Shown: positions 28,499 through 41,235 of the stretch, one piece after another | Layout: every line of letters begins with the position of its first letter | Position numbering within the stretch: the stretch's first letter is position 1 | Assembly (NCBI GenBank): GCA_965153355.1 | Contig: OZ231126.1 | Span: 3,100,001 to 3,164,000 of the forward strand | Origin: Flaccisagitta enflata | Taxonomy: Eukaryota | DNA: 64,000 nucleotides | Reading direction: 5' to 3' | Notes under the pieces: model-generated | Told to the model about the DNA's origin: nothing | Database searches by the model: none | What the model saw: the letters and a program-made list of their open reading frames with translations, nothing else | Position numbers and translations under genes: made by a program

Positions 28499-30135
28499 AG
28501 AAGAAGAAGAAGAAGAAGAAGAAGAAGAAGAAGAAGAAAAAGAAGGAGATGAAAAAAAAGAAGAAAAGCTCCCCCATCATTAGGTTATGACTATAAGATT
28601 ATAAGACTATAAGAAGAAAAGAAAGAAGGAAAAAAAGAAGAAGAAGAAGAAGAAGAAGAAGAAGAAGAAGAAGAAGAAGAAGAAGAAGAAGAAGAAGAAG
28701 AAGAAGAAGAAGAAAAAGAAGGAGATGAAAAAAAAGAAGAAAAGCTCCCCCATCATTAGGTTATGACTATAAAGTTTATAAACTGATGAAAGAAAAAAAA
28801 GCGGGGAAATTTGCAGTTAGGAATATTAAAAGAATAGTTTGGAAAAATCATATAACCATGCCCCTATAAAATGGTGCGTAGCTTTTATGAATCAGCTCAT
28901 AAAAGCAACAAAAAAAAAGATACATGACTTTGTAGTGGTGTCTTACTGTAGTTAGATTAGGGATGAAGAAGTGATTAACTGCTTCTGTTTTGATGGGTGG
29001 GATGACTACTTGTAGAAAAATAGAAACAGAAGCAGAAGTGGGAGCAGAAGAAGTGGAAGCAGCATAAAAACTGACCACTTCCACATCCCTAGTTGGCCTG
29101 AAAGTTTATTGATTTACATACGAAAACCCAGTTACAGGGAAAAGTGATTTTGGTTATCATGATGTGTTTTTTATAACAACAGCCTTTAAACTGATTAAGC
29201 AAAAAAGAAAAAAAAAACATTTTCTTTCATGAATTTTTTTGGATCTAAAAAAATCCCATTTTACTAGGGAGGAAGAAGGGATATCAACTTTGTTGAGATG
29301 TCTTTTTTGGGCAGGGGCTCCAAAGGGATCGATGACCTATGCTTTCACACATGTGGGGAATTTTCTCCTCTTCCTCCTTCTCCTCCTTCTTTGTCCCCCC
29401 CTCAAATCCCAGTCTCATGATCTCCAGGCCAAAATTCCAGCTTATAGGGCAAGGTCCCAGCCTCCAGGCTAGGATTTGGACCTCAAAACTGGAATTTGGG
29501 CCTTGAGACTGGGATTTGGGCCTCGAGACTGGGATTTGAGGGGGGATGGAGGAGGAGGAGGAGGAAGAGGAGGAGAAAATTCCTTAAGTGTGAAAATATA
29601 TGTCATCGACCCCTTTGGGGCCGCTGCCCGGCTCTCCCTTAAATTTCAAGCCCAAACTATTTAGGCAGGGCACAGGTACCGCTGACCATCTAAAGCTTTT
29701 GTGCCTATTAAACCAAAAAAATTTAACTAAAAATTATATATTAATAAATCAAACTAAATGATTATGATTTCTTCCCTGGTCTTGTCTTGAAGATTTGTTT
29801 GAATATCTTTTAAATAGTCACTGATTCTATAGTTTTTAAGTCGCTCGCTAAGCGACTATACAAGAGAGTTTCCGTTAGCAGGTCTGTCTGTCTGACTATC
29901 TGGAACGCAAAACTTAAGATGACGTGAATTGGCTGGAAAAGCCATTTCTGAGCATAACTGTCCCTGCCCTGCCACAGCCCACTCATGCTGTCCTCCCCAC
30001 TTATATCACTGCCCCTGCCCACCCACAAATGACTACTTTTTCGCCATGTCGGCCTTATTAAAACTGTAACAGTCTTTTTCAGGGGCCTCGCGGCAACAGT
30101 AGCCTTGGGCCTCGCGCAAGGTTGATCCGGGCCAG
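28310..30135. mobile_element. hAT-like element with 8-bp TSD, containing further insertions
   Basis: TIRs CTGGCCTGGATCAACC / GGTTGATCCGGGCCAG, with TSD GCTAGGGG at 28302-28309 and 30136-30143. Confidence 0.85.
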
Positions 30136-30443
30136 GCTAGGGGGATGGCCAAATTTGGCCAAATTTGGCAAAAATTGACAGAATTTGATAGAAATCAGCA
30201 AAGATTGGCAGAATTTGGCTGCATTTGGCTGCATTTGGAAGAATTTGGCCAAATTCAGCAGAATTAAGCAAAATTCAGCAAAATTTAGCAAAATTTGGCA
30301 GGATATGACAGAATCTGGCAGAATTTGGCGAAAAGCTGGGGGTAGGAACGGAGCAAAAGAAAGAAAATTACCCATTTGTTGGAAAGCAAAGGTCATTGAC
30401 CCCTTTGGGGTCGCTGCCCAAAAGGATGTTACCCCATGACATA

Positions 30444-30953
30444 CAGTAGATGTGGTCTAGACTTAGAAATACGGGGGCCCTCATATCTTAAATACCATTT
30501 ATGTAACTGTAATGAAACTGTGTGTGTATAATGCTTAGGACCTGAAGGGTTGACGATGGGGTATGGCAGCTCTGTGGATGGAAAACTCTCTTGAATACAC
30601 TCAATCAAATTCTCTTCGTCTAATCAGCTTCAGAAGTTAGTCTAGTGGTTAACTCACTTGCCTTCAGATTTATCAGAAACAGATCTTTTCATCTAAGGTT
30701 CTAGGTTCGAATCCTTGGCTGGTTTTGCTATTTGAGCGAATAGATTAAGCTGAAATTCTGCAAAAAAAAATGATTGTTCCTATGGTTTTATACTAAAAGT
30801 TTTTTTCCTAAGGTAAGCCGTAGGGGGATACGATACCCCATCGTCAACCCTTTAGGGTTTACATATTACACCTGCAAAATATCAGCCCCCTCACTTTACC
30901 AATACTCAGGTTATGAGCTCCCCCGTATTTCTAAGTCTAGACGACATCTACTG
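30444..30953. mobile_element. MITE of the same TIR family with a different interior
   Basis: TA|CAGTAGATGTGGTCTAGACTTAGAAATACGGGGG ... CCCCCGTATTTCTAAGTCTAGACGACATCTACTG|TA. Confidence 0.85.
30636..30722 (+). pseudogene. tRNA-derived relic (A box/B box) inside a MITE
   Basis: TAGTCTAGTGGTTA (A box) and CTAGGTTCGAATCCTTG (T arm/B box); the acceptor and anticodon stems do not pair well. Confidence 0.45.
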
Positions 30954-31094
30954 TACTAAAAAAAAAGCACTTGACCGTGTGCATATTTCATGATATTTGG
31001 GTCTAGTATTTGTGTGTCTTTTAATGTTGATTATTGTTGTAGATACCTTTTGTAATTGCTTTTTGTCGTTGCTTTTTGTTTTGTAGTTATCATT

Positions 31095-31265
<171 letters not shown>

Positions 31266-31335
31266 TATAGAGAAGAGAGAGAGAGAGAGAAAGAGAAGAA
31301 AGAGAAAGAGAGAGGAGAAAGAGAGAAAAGGAGAA

Positions 31336-31368
<33 letters not shown>

Positions 31369-32939
31369 GAGAGAGAAAGAGAGAAAAGAGAAAGAGAGAG
31401 AAAGAGAGAGAAAGAGAGAGAAGAAAGAGAAAAAGAGAAGAAAGAAAGAGAGATGAGAAGAGAGAAAAGTAGAGAGAGAGAAGAAAGAGAGAAAGAGAGA
31501 GAAAAAAGAGAAAGAAAGAAAAAGAGAGAGAAGAAAGAGAAAGAGAGAAAGAAAGAAAGAAAGAGAGAAGAGAAGAAAGAGAAAGAAAGAAAAAGAAAAA
31601 GAGAAAGAATAAGTGAAAGAGAAAGAGAGAGAAAAAGAGAGGGAGAGAACTGCTCCTCAATCCAATTCAATTAATCATCATATCTAACTCAACTCCACAC
31701 ACAATTTTGGCTTCTGCCTTCTCTTTTAAATCATTTCCTCACCTATCTTTTCTTCTATCCCTCTTTTTCTTCTTCTGTCACTCATTTTTCTTCTTCTTTC
31801 AATCTTTTTTCCTCTATCACTCATTCTTCTTCTTCTTTTATTTATTTTTTCTTCTTTCACTCACCTTGTTTTATGTCACTTTTTTCCTATCTTCTCTCTC
31901 TTTTTTTCTTCTATCACTCTTTTTTCATCTTTCAATCTTTTTTTCTTTCTCCTCTTTCAATCTTTTTTTACTCCCATCAGTCTTTTTTTTTTCTTCTTTC
32001 TCTCTTTTTTTCTTCTTTCAATCTATGGTTTTCTTCTTTCACTCTTTTTTGCGCCCATTTTCATGCATTTGTATCTTTTTTCCCTCTTTTTTATTCTTTC
32101 ACCTCTGGCGCTTTTTTTTCCTCTTCAATTTTTTCATCTATCTTCTATTGTATATTCTAATTTTTTTGATAAGACACAGACAGACACAGACCCTATTTTG
32201 AGCACTCACATACGGTTTATGACATGAACAGTGTCCGTCTATCTTTCAAGTCAACTATCGGTAAAGAAGAAGGGTAAGCTCCGTTTTTCTTTTTTTTTTC
32301 TTTTTTTTTTTTTTAATTTCATTCGTAATCTGATCTTTGTCTTCTAAATCGGCTTAAGCCACAACAACCCCATGCAAATCGATACTCATCCTCATACCTC
32401 TTTTTGAACATACACACGCACAAACTTTCACACACGCATCCTCATACCTCTACATGCACATACACGCATCCTCATACCTCTTCACGCATATACACGCGGT
32501 TAAACACGCATCCTCATACCTCTACATGCACATACACACATGAACTTGCACACACGCATCCTCATACCCTTACACGCACATACACGTAAGCACGCGTCTC
32601 TGCTCACAAATACTCTGGCACACGTGCACGCAGTTCCACATGCATGTTCATGCACATGTACACTCAGTTACGCGCGCATGAACTCGCACACACGCATGCA
32701 CTTGCACACAAATGCATTTGCACACGCAAGCGCACATTCACGCTCGGAATTGCACACAAACGCACTTGCAAACGAATCCGTTTTCTTACTCAAGCAACAA
32801 AGCGTCTTGCCTCCTACAGAGGCCAAACTTGCGCTCACGGAGAGAACAAAAACAATGCTTTCACTCAAAACCAGATTCATTGATCCGAGTCAAAGAAAAT
32901 AACGGACAAAAAGTTTCAGACGGCCGGACATTCCATGAG

Positions 32940-33440
32940 CCTCCTCATGTATGGTATCTCGTTGCTCATTTTTGCTCCCACTGCTCATTTTTGCCCACGT
33001 TGCTCTTTTTGCTCTCATGTATGGTATCTCGTTGCTCATTCTTGCTCCCACTGCTCATTTTTGCCCCCGTTGCTCTTTTTGCTCTCCTCATGTATGGTAT
33101 CTCGTTGCTCATTTTTGCTCCCATTGCTCATTTTTGCCCTTGTTGCTCTTTTTTCTCTCCTCATATATGGTATCTCGTTGTTCATTCTTGCTCCCACTGC
33201 TCATTTTTGCCCCCATTGCTCTTTTTGCTCTCCTCATGTATGGTATCTCGTTGCTCATTCTTGCTCCCATTCCTCATTTTTGCCCCCGTTGCTCTTTTTG
33301 CTCTCCTCATGTATGGTATCTCGTTGCTCTTTCTTGCTCCAATTGCTCATTTTTGCCCCAGTTGCTCTTTTTGCTTTCGTTGCTCATTCTTTCTCCTGTC
33401 GCTCATTCTTGCTCATTTTTGCCCCCATTTTGCTCTCGCA
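32940..33440. repeat. 73-bp minisatellite array 1
   Basis: Unit CTCCTCATGTATGGTATCTCGTTGCTCATTCTTGCTCCCACTGCTCATTTTTGCCCCCGTTGCTCTTTTTGCT, built from TGCTC subrepeats. Confidence 0.92.
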
Positions 33441-34443
33441 GTTTTGAAAGATTAATAGAACGACCTTGGTTTGATATCAAACGGAAATATTATCATGCTT
33501 ACTCAAGGTAAAGCTTAATACATCTAATAGCCGTGGTGCCTATTTCGTGTGTCAGAGGGCCGAAAACGGGCTAAACTGGCTTTCCCCTGGCGATCACCTG
33601 TTTCCTTTGCAGAAATCCTGGCAAACAAGCCCTTGCGCGACTTTCAATTTGATCGGGAACCATCAAGGTTGGAGTTTGTATTGAATAAGCATTTGCATCT
33701 GTTTTTCTGTTATGTATATTTTGTTCCTGCCATGTATCTCTATGGAAACTCAACAGTCACCCTAACGATGGTTCCCGACTGATCTGATAGTCGTAAGACA
33801 GCTTATTTGTAAGCATTTTTGCGAAGGAAAAACTTTTTTTTCCAGGGAAAGTTCAATATTGGCCTTTTTAGGCCCCCTGGCTAACGCAGTGCCCATGACT
33901 GCCCATGGTGAATTCTGAGGCCTGTCAATGAAAACAAAATTTGGATGGACGAAAGTCAGTCGTGCCAAAAAAAGATCACATCTGACAATTTTACACCTTA
34001 TACAAAAAAAAGCATTTATTTTATAGAATATGAATGGCAATCAACAATGATAAAGAATCTTTAAGTCCACAAAGATAAGAACAGGATGAGAACATTTGAG
34101 TCTGAAAATGCGCTTAGAAATAAGAACGCTGAGCCTCACTTAAAAAAAACTTAGTTCTTGTTAACAATGTCACTGCAGAGTTGCAACTAACTCTTTTATC
34201 CATAACAAATAATGAACCGGTGACCGTTGATAGTATAGAAAGGCTAAACAAGGTACTTAGGCTAAGGCGGGCTAAGGTAAGATAATGTAGTATTGAAAGG
34301 CAGCAAAGGGTATTTGAGGTAAGGTAGGGTAAGGTAGTATTGAAAGGCTGCAAAAAGGATTTGAGGTAAGGTAAGGTAAGGTAAGGTAAGGTAGTATCGA
34401 AAGGCTGCAAAAGGTATTTGAGGTTAGGTAAGGTAAGGTAAAG

Positions 34444-35100
34444 CTCTCCTCATGTATGGTATCTTGTTGCTCATTCTTGCTCCCACTGCTCATTTTTGCC
34501 CCCGTTGCTCTTTTTGCTCTCCTCATGTATGGTATCTTGTTGCTCATTCTTGCTCCCACTGCTCATTTTTGCCCCCATTGCTCTTTTTGCTCTCCTCATG
34601 TATGGTATCTCGTTGCTCATTCTTGCTCCCACTGCTCATTTTTGCCCCTGTTGCTCTTTTTGCTCTCCTCATGTATGGTATCTCGTTGCTCATTCTTGCT
34701 CCCACTGCTCATTTTTGCCCCCGTCGCTCTTTTTGCTCTCTTCATGTATGGTATCTCGTTGCTCATTCTTGCTCCCACTGCTCATTTTTGCCCCCGTTGC
34801 TCTATTTGCTCTCTTCATGTATGGTATCTTGTTGCTCATTCTTGCTCCCACTGCTCATTTTTCCCCGCATTGCTCTTTTTGCTCTCCTCATGTATGGTAT
34901 CTCGTTGCTCATTCTTACTCCCATTGCTCATTTTTGCCCCCTTTGCTCATTTTTACCACCGTTGCTCATTTTTGCTCTCGTTGCTCATTTTTGCTCGCGC
35001 TGCTCATTTTTGCCCCCATGGCTCATTTTTACCACCGTTGCTCTTTTAGCTCTCGTTGCTCAGTCTTTCTCCTGTTGCTCATTTTTGCTCTCGTCGCTCA
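34444..35100. repeat. 73-bp minisatellite array 2
   Basis: Same unit; it resumes at about 36295-36350 after an inserted element. Confidence 0.92.
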
Positions 35101-35116
35101 TTCATCGTATGAAATG

Positions 35117-35599
35117 ATCGCCAAGCCCCGCCCCTACTAAGCCCATAAAAAGAACTATAAGCCCCATTAAGCCCACCTTATCTAGCAATGATATGTATCA
35201 AATGATTGTTTCAAACACTTTTGCTGAGGTCATGCATTGCTTTGAGTATCAGATTCTTGATACTTTAAGTCTGGATGTGACAAAAAAATAGTTAAGCCCC
35301 TTAATTTTAAAACCAAGCTCGGGGCTTGATACAAGCCCCATTTTTTTCAAGTATGTCAAATTTCTAAGCTGCCAAAGTTTCCGATTGGAAATGGTGACAA
35401 TGCGTCAAAGAGTAAATGAGTCTATGTTAAGGTGGGAGGAAGATGAAGAGGAAAGGAAAGTGAATTGAGATTGCTGATGTAAAGAACAACCTATTAAAAC
35501 AGTTCTTTCTTTCATTATATATGAAACTAAGTTTAATTGTTTAATGCAGAAATGGAGTAACAAACAGGCACACAGTCTAACACACATACACGCGCGCGT

Positions 35600-35677
<78 letters not shown>

Positions 35678-35778
35678 CTTGAGTACTGAGGCAACAAAAT
35701 ACACAAATGTGTATTTAAGTGGAGTATACACATATGCACATGCAAACACATTCATGCACACACACGCAAACGCAGGCA

Positions 35779-35846
<68 letters not shown>

Positions 35847-35849
35847 CAC

Positions 35850-35884
<35 letters not shown>

Positions 35885-36261
35885 CACACTTGAAACAACT
35901 ATGTTCAAGTACTGAACGAGCCACTCACTCTCTCTCCAACACTAATAGCAACATCTGCATTGACAGTGATTCAGTTTTCAAATTGGAAACTTTTACAACC
36001 TGTAAATTCCTCATACACTAAAATGAGCCTCATAGAAGGAAAACTGGGGCTTGCCTTATTTTTTGGGGGGCTTAGGCGTTTTTTTTGCGGGCTCCGCTAT
36101 TCTATCTTTGCAACTAGGTCATTGTAACCTAAGGTCTGACTCTATAAGTAACAACGGACCCTATAGGAATTCTTTGAAACAGTTTTCAGATGGTTATGGT
36201 AGCTCAATGAGGCGGGCTTGATGGGGCTGAAGCAATAAAATTTGGGGCTGGGCTTGGCGAT
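35117..36261. mobile_element. TIR element with AAGCCC subterminal repeats inserted in the 73-bp array
   Basis: ATCGCCAAGCCC ... GGGCTTGGCGAT inverted ends; TSD not resolved. Confidence 0.6.
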
Positions 36262-38938
36262 AATTATATTACGATTCATACAGTGTCATTCTTTTTCCCG
36301 TCGCTCATTTTTGCCCCCGTTGCTCATTTTGCTCATTTTGCTCTCGCAGTTTTGAAAGATTAAAAGAACGACCTTGGTTTAATATCAAACGGAAATTTTA
36401 TCATGCTCGCTCAAGGCAAAGCTTAATACATCTAATAGCCGTGGTGCCCATTACGTGTGTCAGAGGGCCGAAAACGGGCTAGACTGGCTTTCCCCTGCCG
36501 ATCATCTGTTTCCTTTGCAGAAATCCTGTCAAACAAGCCCTTGCGCGACTTTCAATTTGATCGGGAACCATCAAGGTTGAAGTTTGTATTGAATAAGGAT
36601 TTGCATCTGTTTTTCTGTTATGTATACTTTGTTCCTGCCATATATCTCTATGGAAACTCAACAGTCACTCTAACGATGGTTCCCGACTGATTTAATAGTC
36701 GTGAGACAGCTTATTTGTAAGCATTTTTGCGAAGGAAAAACATTTTTTCCAGGGGAAGTTCAATATTGGCTTTTTCTAGGCACCCTAGCTAACGCAGTAC
36801 CCATGACTGCCCATGGTTTATTCTGAGGCCTGCCAATGAAAACAAAATTTGGATGGACGAAAGTCAGTCGTGCCAAAAAAAGGATCACATCTGACAATTT
36901 TACACCTTATACAAAAAAAAAGCATTTATTTTATTGAATATGAATGGCTATCAACAATGATAAAGAATCTTCAAGTCCACAAAGATAAGAACGGGATGAG
37001 AACATTTGAGTCTGAAAATGGCCTTTAGAAATAAGAACGCTAAGCCTCACTTAAAAAAAACTTAGTTCTTGTTAACGATGTCACTGCAGAGTTGCAACTA
37101 ACTATTTCATCCATAACAAATAATGAACCGGTGACCGTTAATAGTATAGAAAGGCTAAACAAGGTACGAAGGGTAAGGCGAGCTAAGGTAAGATAATGTA
37201 GTATTGAAAGGCAGCAAAGGGTATTTGAGGTAAGGTAGGGTAAGGTAGTATTGAAAGGCTGCAAAAAGTATTTGAGGTAAGGTAAGGTAAGGTAAGGCGA
37301 GGTAGTATCGAAAGGCTGCGATAGGTATTTGAGGTTAGGTAAGGTAAAGTAAGGTCAGGTTATGTAGTATTGAAAGACTTCAAAGGGTATTTGAGATAAG
37401 GTAAGGTAAGGTGCGGCGAGAAGGAAAAAAAGCATTGTCGCGCGATTAGACCAATCCTGTCATTAGCGGAAATCTAAAGAGGGCTCTCCAGCCCGTCCAG
37501 GGTTAAAAAAAAAAGGATCCTGTACAAGCAGAGAAAGATCTCTTAGCCAGGAAATAAAGAGGACAGGGTAAAGGGAGATCGAGAGAATTTGTAATTGATA
37601 TCTTCAGAATGAGAAGATGTATCATGAACTATTGTGGCGGTAGTACAGTGTTAATGCGGTGGCAATGAGGTGTAAGTATGGCGGTAATGTGGTAGTATGG
37701 TGATAATGTGGTGGAAGTGAGGTGTTAGCGTGGTGGCAAGGAGGTGTTAGTAAGGTGATAGTATGGTGGTAGTGTGGTTTTGGTTTTTATATGGTGGCCA
37801 TGAGGTGGTAGTGAGGTGAAAGTATGGTGGTAATGTGGTGTTAGTGTGGTAGTCGTGGCAGCGGAGCAAAAACTGATTAACGGCTCGTTTTTAAGGCTGT
37901 TGGGTGATCAGATGCTGTTGGTGCTGTTGATGATATTGGTGCTGTTGGTCTTGGCTGTTACGGGGTTGGTCATCGAGAGCCATTAGCCATGAAGTCGTGA
38001 AGGCTTAATAAACCATGATGGTATTGAAGAGCGTTGCAGGTTGGTGAACTTTTCTGTTAAAATACTACGGTACACGAGACTGATAGAACAAAACTCAGAA
38101 CTATCAAGACAATTTCTTTGTCATAACCAAGACTTCCCGTTCCATTGAAATACTTAAAAATCATTGGAGACTGCTTTTTGGGCAGTGGCCCAAAAGAGCC
38201 GATGTCCAGTAGGACACAAGGGGGAATTTCGAGACTTCCGTCCGTCCTTCCTTCCTTCCGTCCTTCCGTCCGTCCTTCCGTCCCCCCTCCCTTGGCCATC
38301 GGAGCCTCACGTCTGCAGTCTCCAGCCTGATTTTTGCCTTGTGAGCCCTCAAATTAGCTCTTTCAGACCTCAATTTAGCCCTCGAGAGTTCAAATCAGCT
38401 CTCCAGACCTCATATCTACCCAACCACAAAACATGTCTTGGAGCATAAAGGTGCAAAACAATTCTCAAACCCTCTCGTGACCTTCTTTTTGGACAGCCAA
38501 ACATCTTTCTTGAAAGGCAGAGACGCAAATCAATTCTTAAGCCCGCTGATGCCCTTCTCATTTGACCACAACCTGTCTTGAAGTGCAGAGATTCAAAGAT
38601 ATTCTCAAGGCCTCTCAAGCCCTTTTCTCATGACTGCTTCCAATGTCTTGTACAGCAAAGAGGCGCACAGCAATAATCAAGCCCACTTATGCCTTTCTCA
38701 ATTAACCAAGTCCAATTTCTTGGGGCACACAGACGCAAAGGCCCGACCCCCCCCCTCCATCTCAAATCACCACGTATCATGTCTTAGCGCATCATGTCTT
38801 AGCGCATCATGTCTTAGCGCACCATGTCTTAGCGCACACATATACAAAGCAATTCTTGAACCCCCTGACGCTCTAATATCCACTTTGCGCGCCTTTTAAT
38901 GCGATAAGATGTCAAGTAAGTAGAGACCATATGAATGA

Positions 38939-38973
<35 letters not shown>

Positions 38974-39217
38974 CTTTACCTCGAGCTTGGAAAATGCGCA
39001 GTTTTATCCAGTGAGACTGAGAGAGAGAGAACTTTCATAATAAATCTTTTTTCATTCTTGTTCAGTGAAGTTATGAAAGATCCGCTTATTTTTTGCGTTC
39101 ATAGATGTAATTCCAAAGTAGATCATTCTCTGATTGGGATTAGTATAGTGACGTTATTGTAATGATATTGAGGTATTGAGTAACGAAGGTGACAGAATGT
39201 TGAAAGAAACGGTGGTA

Positions 39218-39541
39218 ACAGGGTGTGCAAAAAAATTTGCATGGGTACTCTAGCTCATATAACATAAAAATCCTACTTTCAGATGTCCTACTATAATAAA
39301 ATTTGAATTGAAGTATCCCTGCAGTAACTATATACTATGATAAAATGTTCGTAAAACTGAGCCAAGTAGAAGCATGTTTTTTAGGTGCGACAAAGCACCT
39401 CTATAACTGGCTGTGTCTGTCGGTTGGTTGGTCGGGTAACGCATTTCTGCGACGATCCACACGTAGCACCGTATTGGCCTAATTGGCCTTGTTACATTCT
39501 GTATGCTTTAGCATCATTGCAAAAAATTTTGCACACCCTGT
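39218..39541. mobile_element. TA-flanked MITE containing a family B insertion
   Basis: TA|ACAGGGTGTGCAAAAAAATTTGCA ... TGCAAAAAATTTTGCACACCCTGT|TA. Confidence 0.8.
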
Positions 39542-39841
39542 TAGTGCAATGAGTGTGTATATTCAAATTGGAAGACAGGGCTGAGTTCTTTAGAGAGGAA
39601 ATAGAAATTGCATATTTTTGATCATTTTGCAAATGTGAGCAGTTTGGAGGACTATTGGCAATATGGAGTAGAGTACATGTAGGTAAATAAACCATTACAC
39701 AGACATGATGGTTAGCAAAACGCGCTCATATAGCTGTCAGGGCACATTCTTACCCAAATAGAGAATTGGGAAAAAAGGATATATCAACTATGTCTTGATC
39801 CGATCCACATGTAGTGACAAAAAATGACGCTTAGGGGAAGA

Positions 39842-39908
<67 letters not shown>

Positions 39909-40497
39909 TGATCAGCCATGAAAAGAGTCGCATTGCTGCCACGGCTTGGGTCGAGAGAGGGAGAGAGAGAAAAAAGGCTAAGAGATAGAGAGAGAGACGT
40001 GTAAATTAAAGGCGGAAGAGACAGAGAGAGCAACGAAGCTTTTTGGAGGCAGAATTGTAGCGTGGTTGCATTGCATTGCTTCTTCCTACACACACAGAAA
40101 AACCCTAACCCTAAGCAAGAAAAAGCAGTTAGATAAGGAAGCGGGAAGTGATGAGGAGGAGGGGGAGGAGGAGGGGGAGATAAAGAGGAAGAGGGGGAGG
40201 AGGAGGACGCGAAAGAAGGAAAAGCAAAAAGAGGGGGAAGGGCGGGATACGGAGGAGGGGGAGGAGGAGGAAGAGGAGAAGGAAAGGTGCGAGAGTATAG
40301 AGCCAGAAAGAAGAAGGGAAGAAAAAGAAGAGGGAAAAGAAAAAAGAGAAGGAAAAGAAGGAAAAGAAGAAAAGGACTGAATCGAAGAAGAAGAAGAAGA
40401 AGAAGAAGAAGAAGAAGAAGAAGAAGAAGAAGAATTGAAGAAGATTATCTGCCGCGGCTTGGTACGGATATGCTGCCATTTTGAAATTCGCACGCGA

Positions 40498-40560
<63 letters not shown>

Positions 40561-41059
40561 TAAAAGGTGTAGGAGCGTGTGTATATATAACGTAGTAAAA
40601 AATACCAGAGGATAACGTTTTAAAGAATGAAATGGACATGGAAAGAGAGGAAAGTACTGAAGATCGGAGAGAGTAAAAAAGAGGTCGAAAAAAAAAAATC
40701 TTCGCTTAACCGCGCAAATTCTCTTTTAGCAATTTAATGTCTTACTTATAATCTTGAAAATTCCACCTTAAATCATCGTGGATTTAAGCCAGTTCAGTAG
40801 AAAATGTAAATGATTAAGTAACGTCCCCTGAAATATACTTTTAAGTATCGGGGAAAATACATGCAGTTGAGTAATACTTTTTTTTAAAAAATGTGTACAC
40901 GGACAAAAAAAAAGGAGGGAAGAAGAAATTGTTTAAAAAAAGAAAGAGAGGATGGTCGCTTTACGCATACAGAAGGTAGAAAGAGAGAGACAGAGATAAG
41001 GAGAGTAAAATGAAGAGTGAGAGAGAGAGAGAGAGAGAGAGAGCAAAAAAATTCTTCTT

Positions 41060-41235
41060 TGGCGAATGTGGGTTTCGGCGTGTCGGACTTGCAGCGGCGG
41101 AACAGCAGCCGCGGCAGGAATCCTTCTCCGTTGTGACGACATTTTGCTCTGGATCTCTGATTGGCCGAATCCATTGGCCCGCGATCTCTGATTGGGGCGG
41201 GTGGCCGAAGGCGGCAAGCAGCAGCCAATGAAAAT
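41060..41235. promoter_or_regulatory. CpG-rich promoter-like island with multiple CCAAT boxes and a GC box
   Basis: ATTGG at 41160, 41173 and 41191, GGGGCGGG at 41194, CCAAT at 41225. GATCTCTGATTGG is repeated at 31-bp spacing. Confidence 0.55.

Larger units (their letters stand above)
33430..37413. repeat. Local duplication of a ~1-kb unit (33430-34440 and 36337-37413), each copy ending in (GTAAG)n repeats
   Basis: Colinear high-identity sequence, also visible as the twin ORFs 33549-33782 and 36457-36690. Confidence 0.92.

Noticed and set aside
32712-35140. Long Cys/Leu/Phe-rich ORFs open in all three + frames
   Set aside because: The 73-bp unit has no + strand stops and is not a multiple of 3, so all frames cycle through the same peptide; this is a minisatellite artefact.
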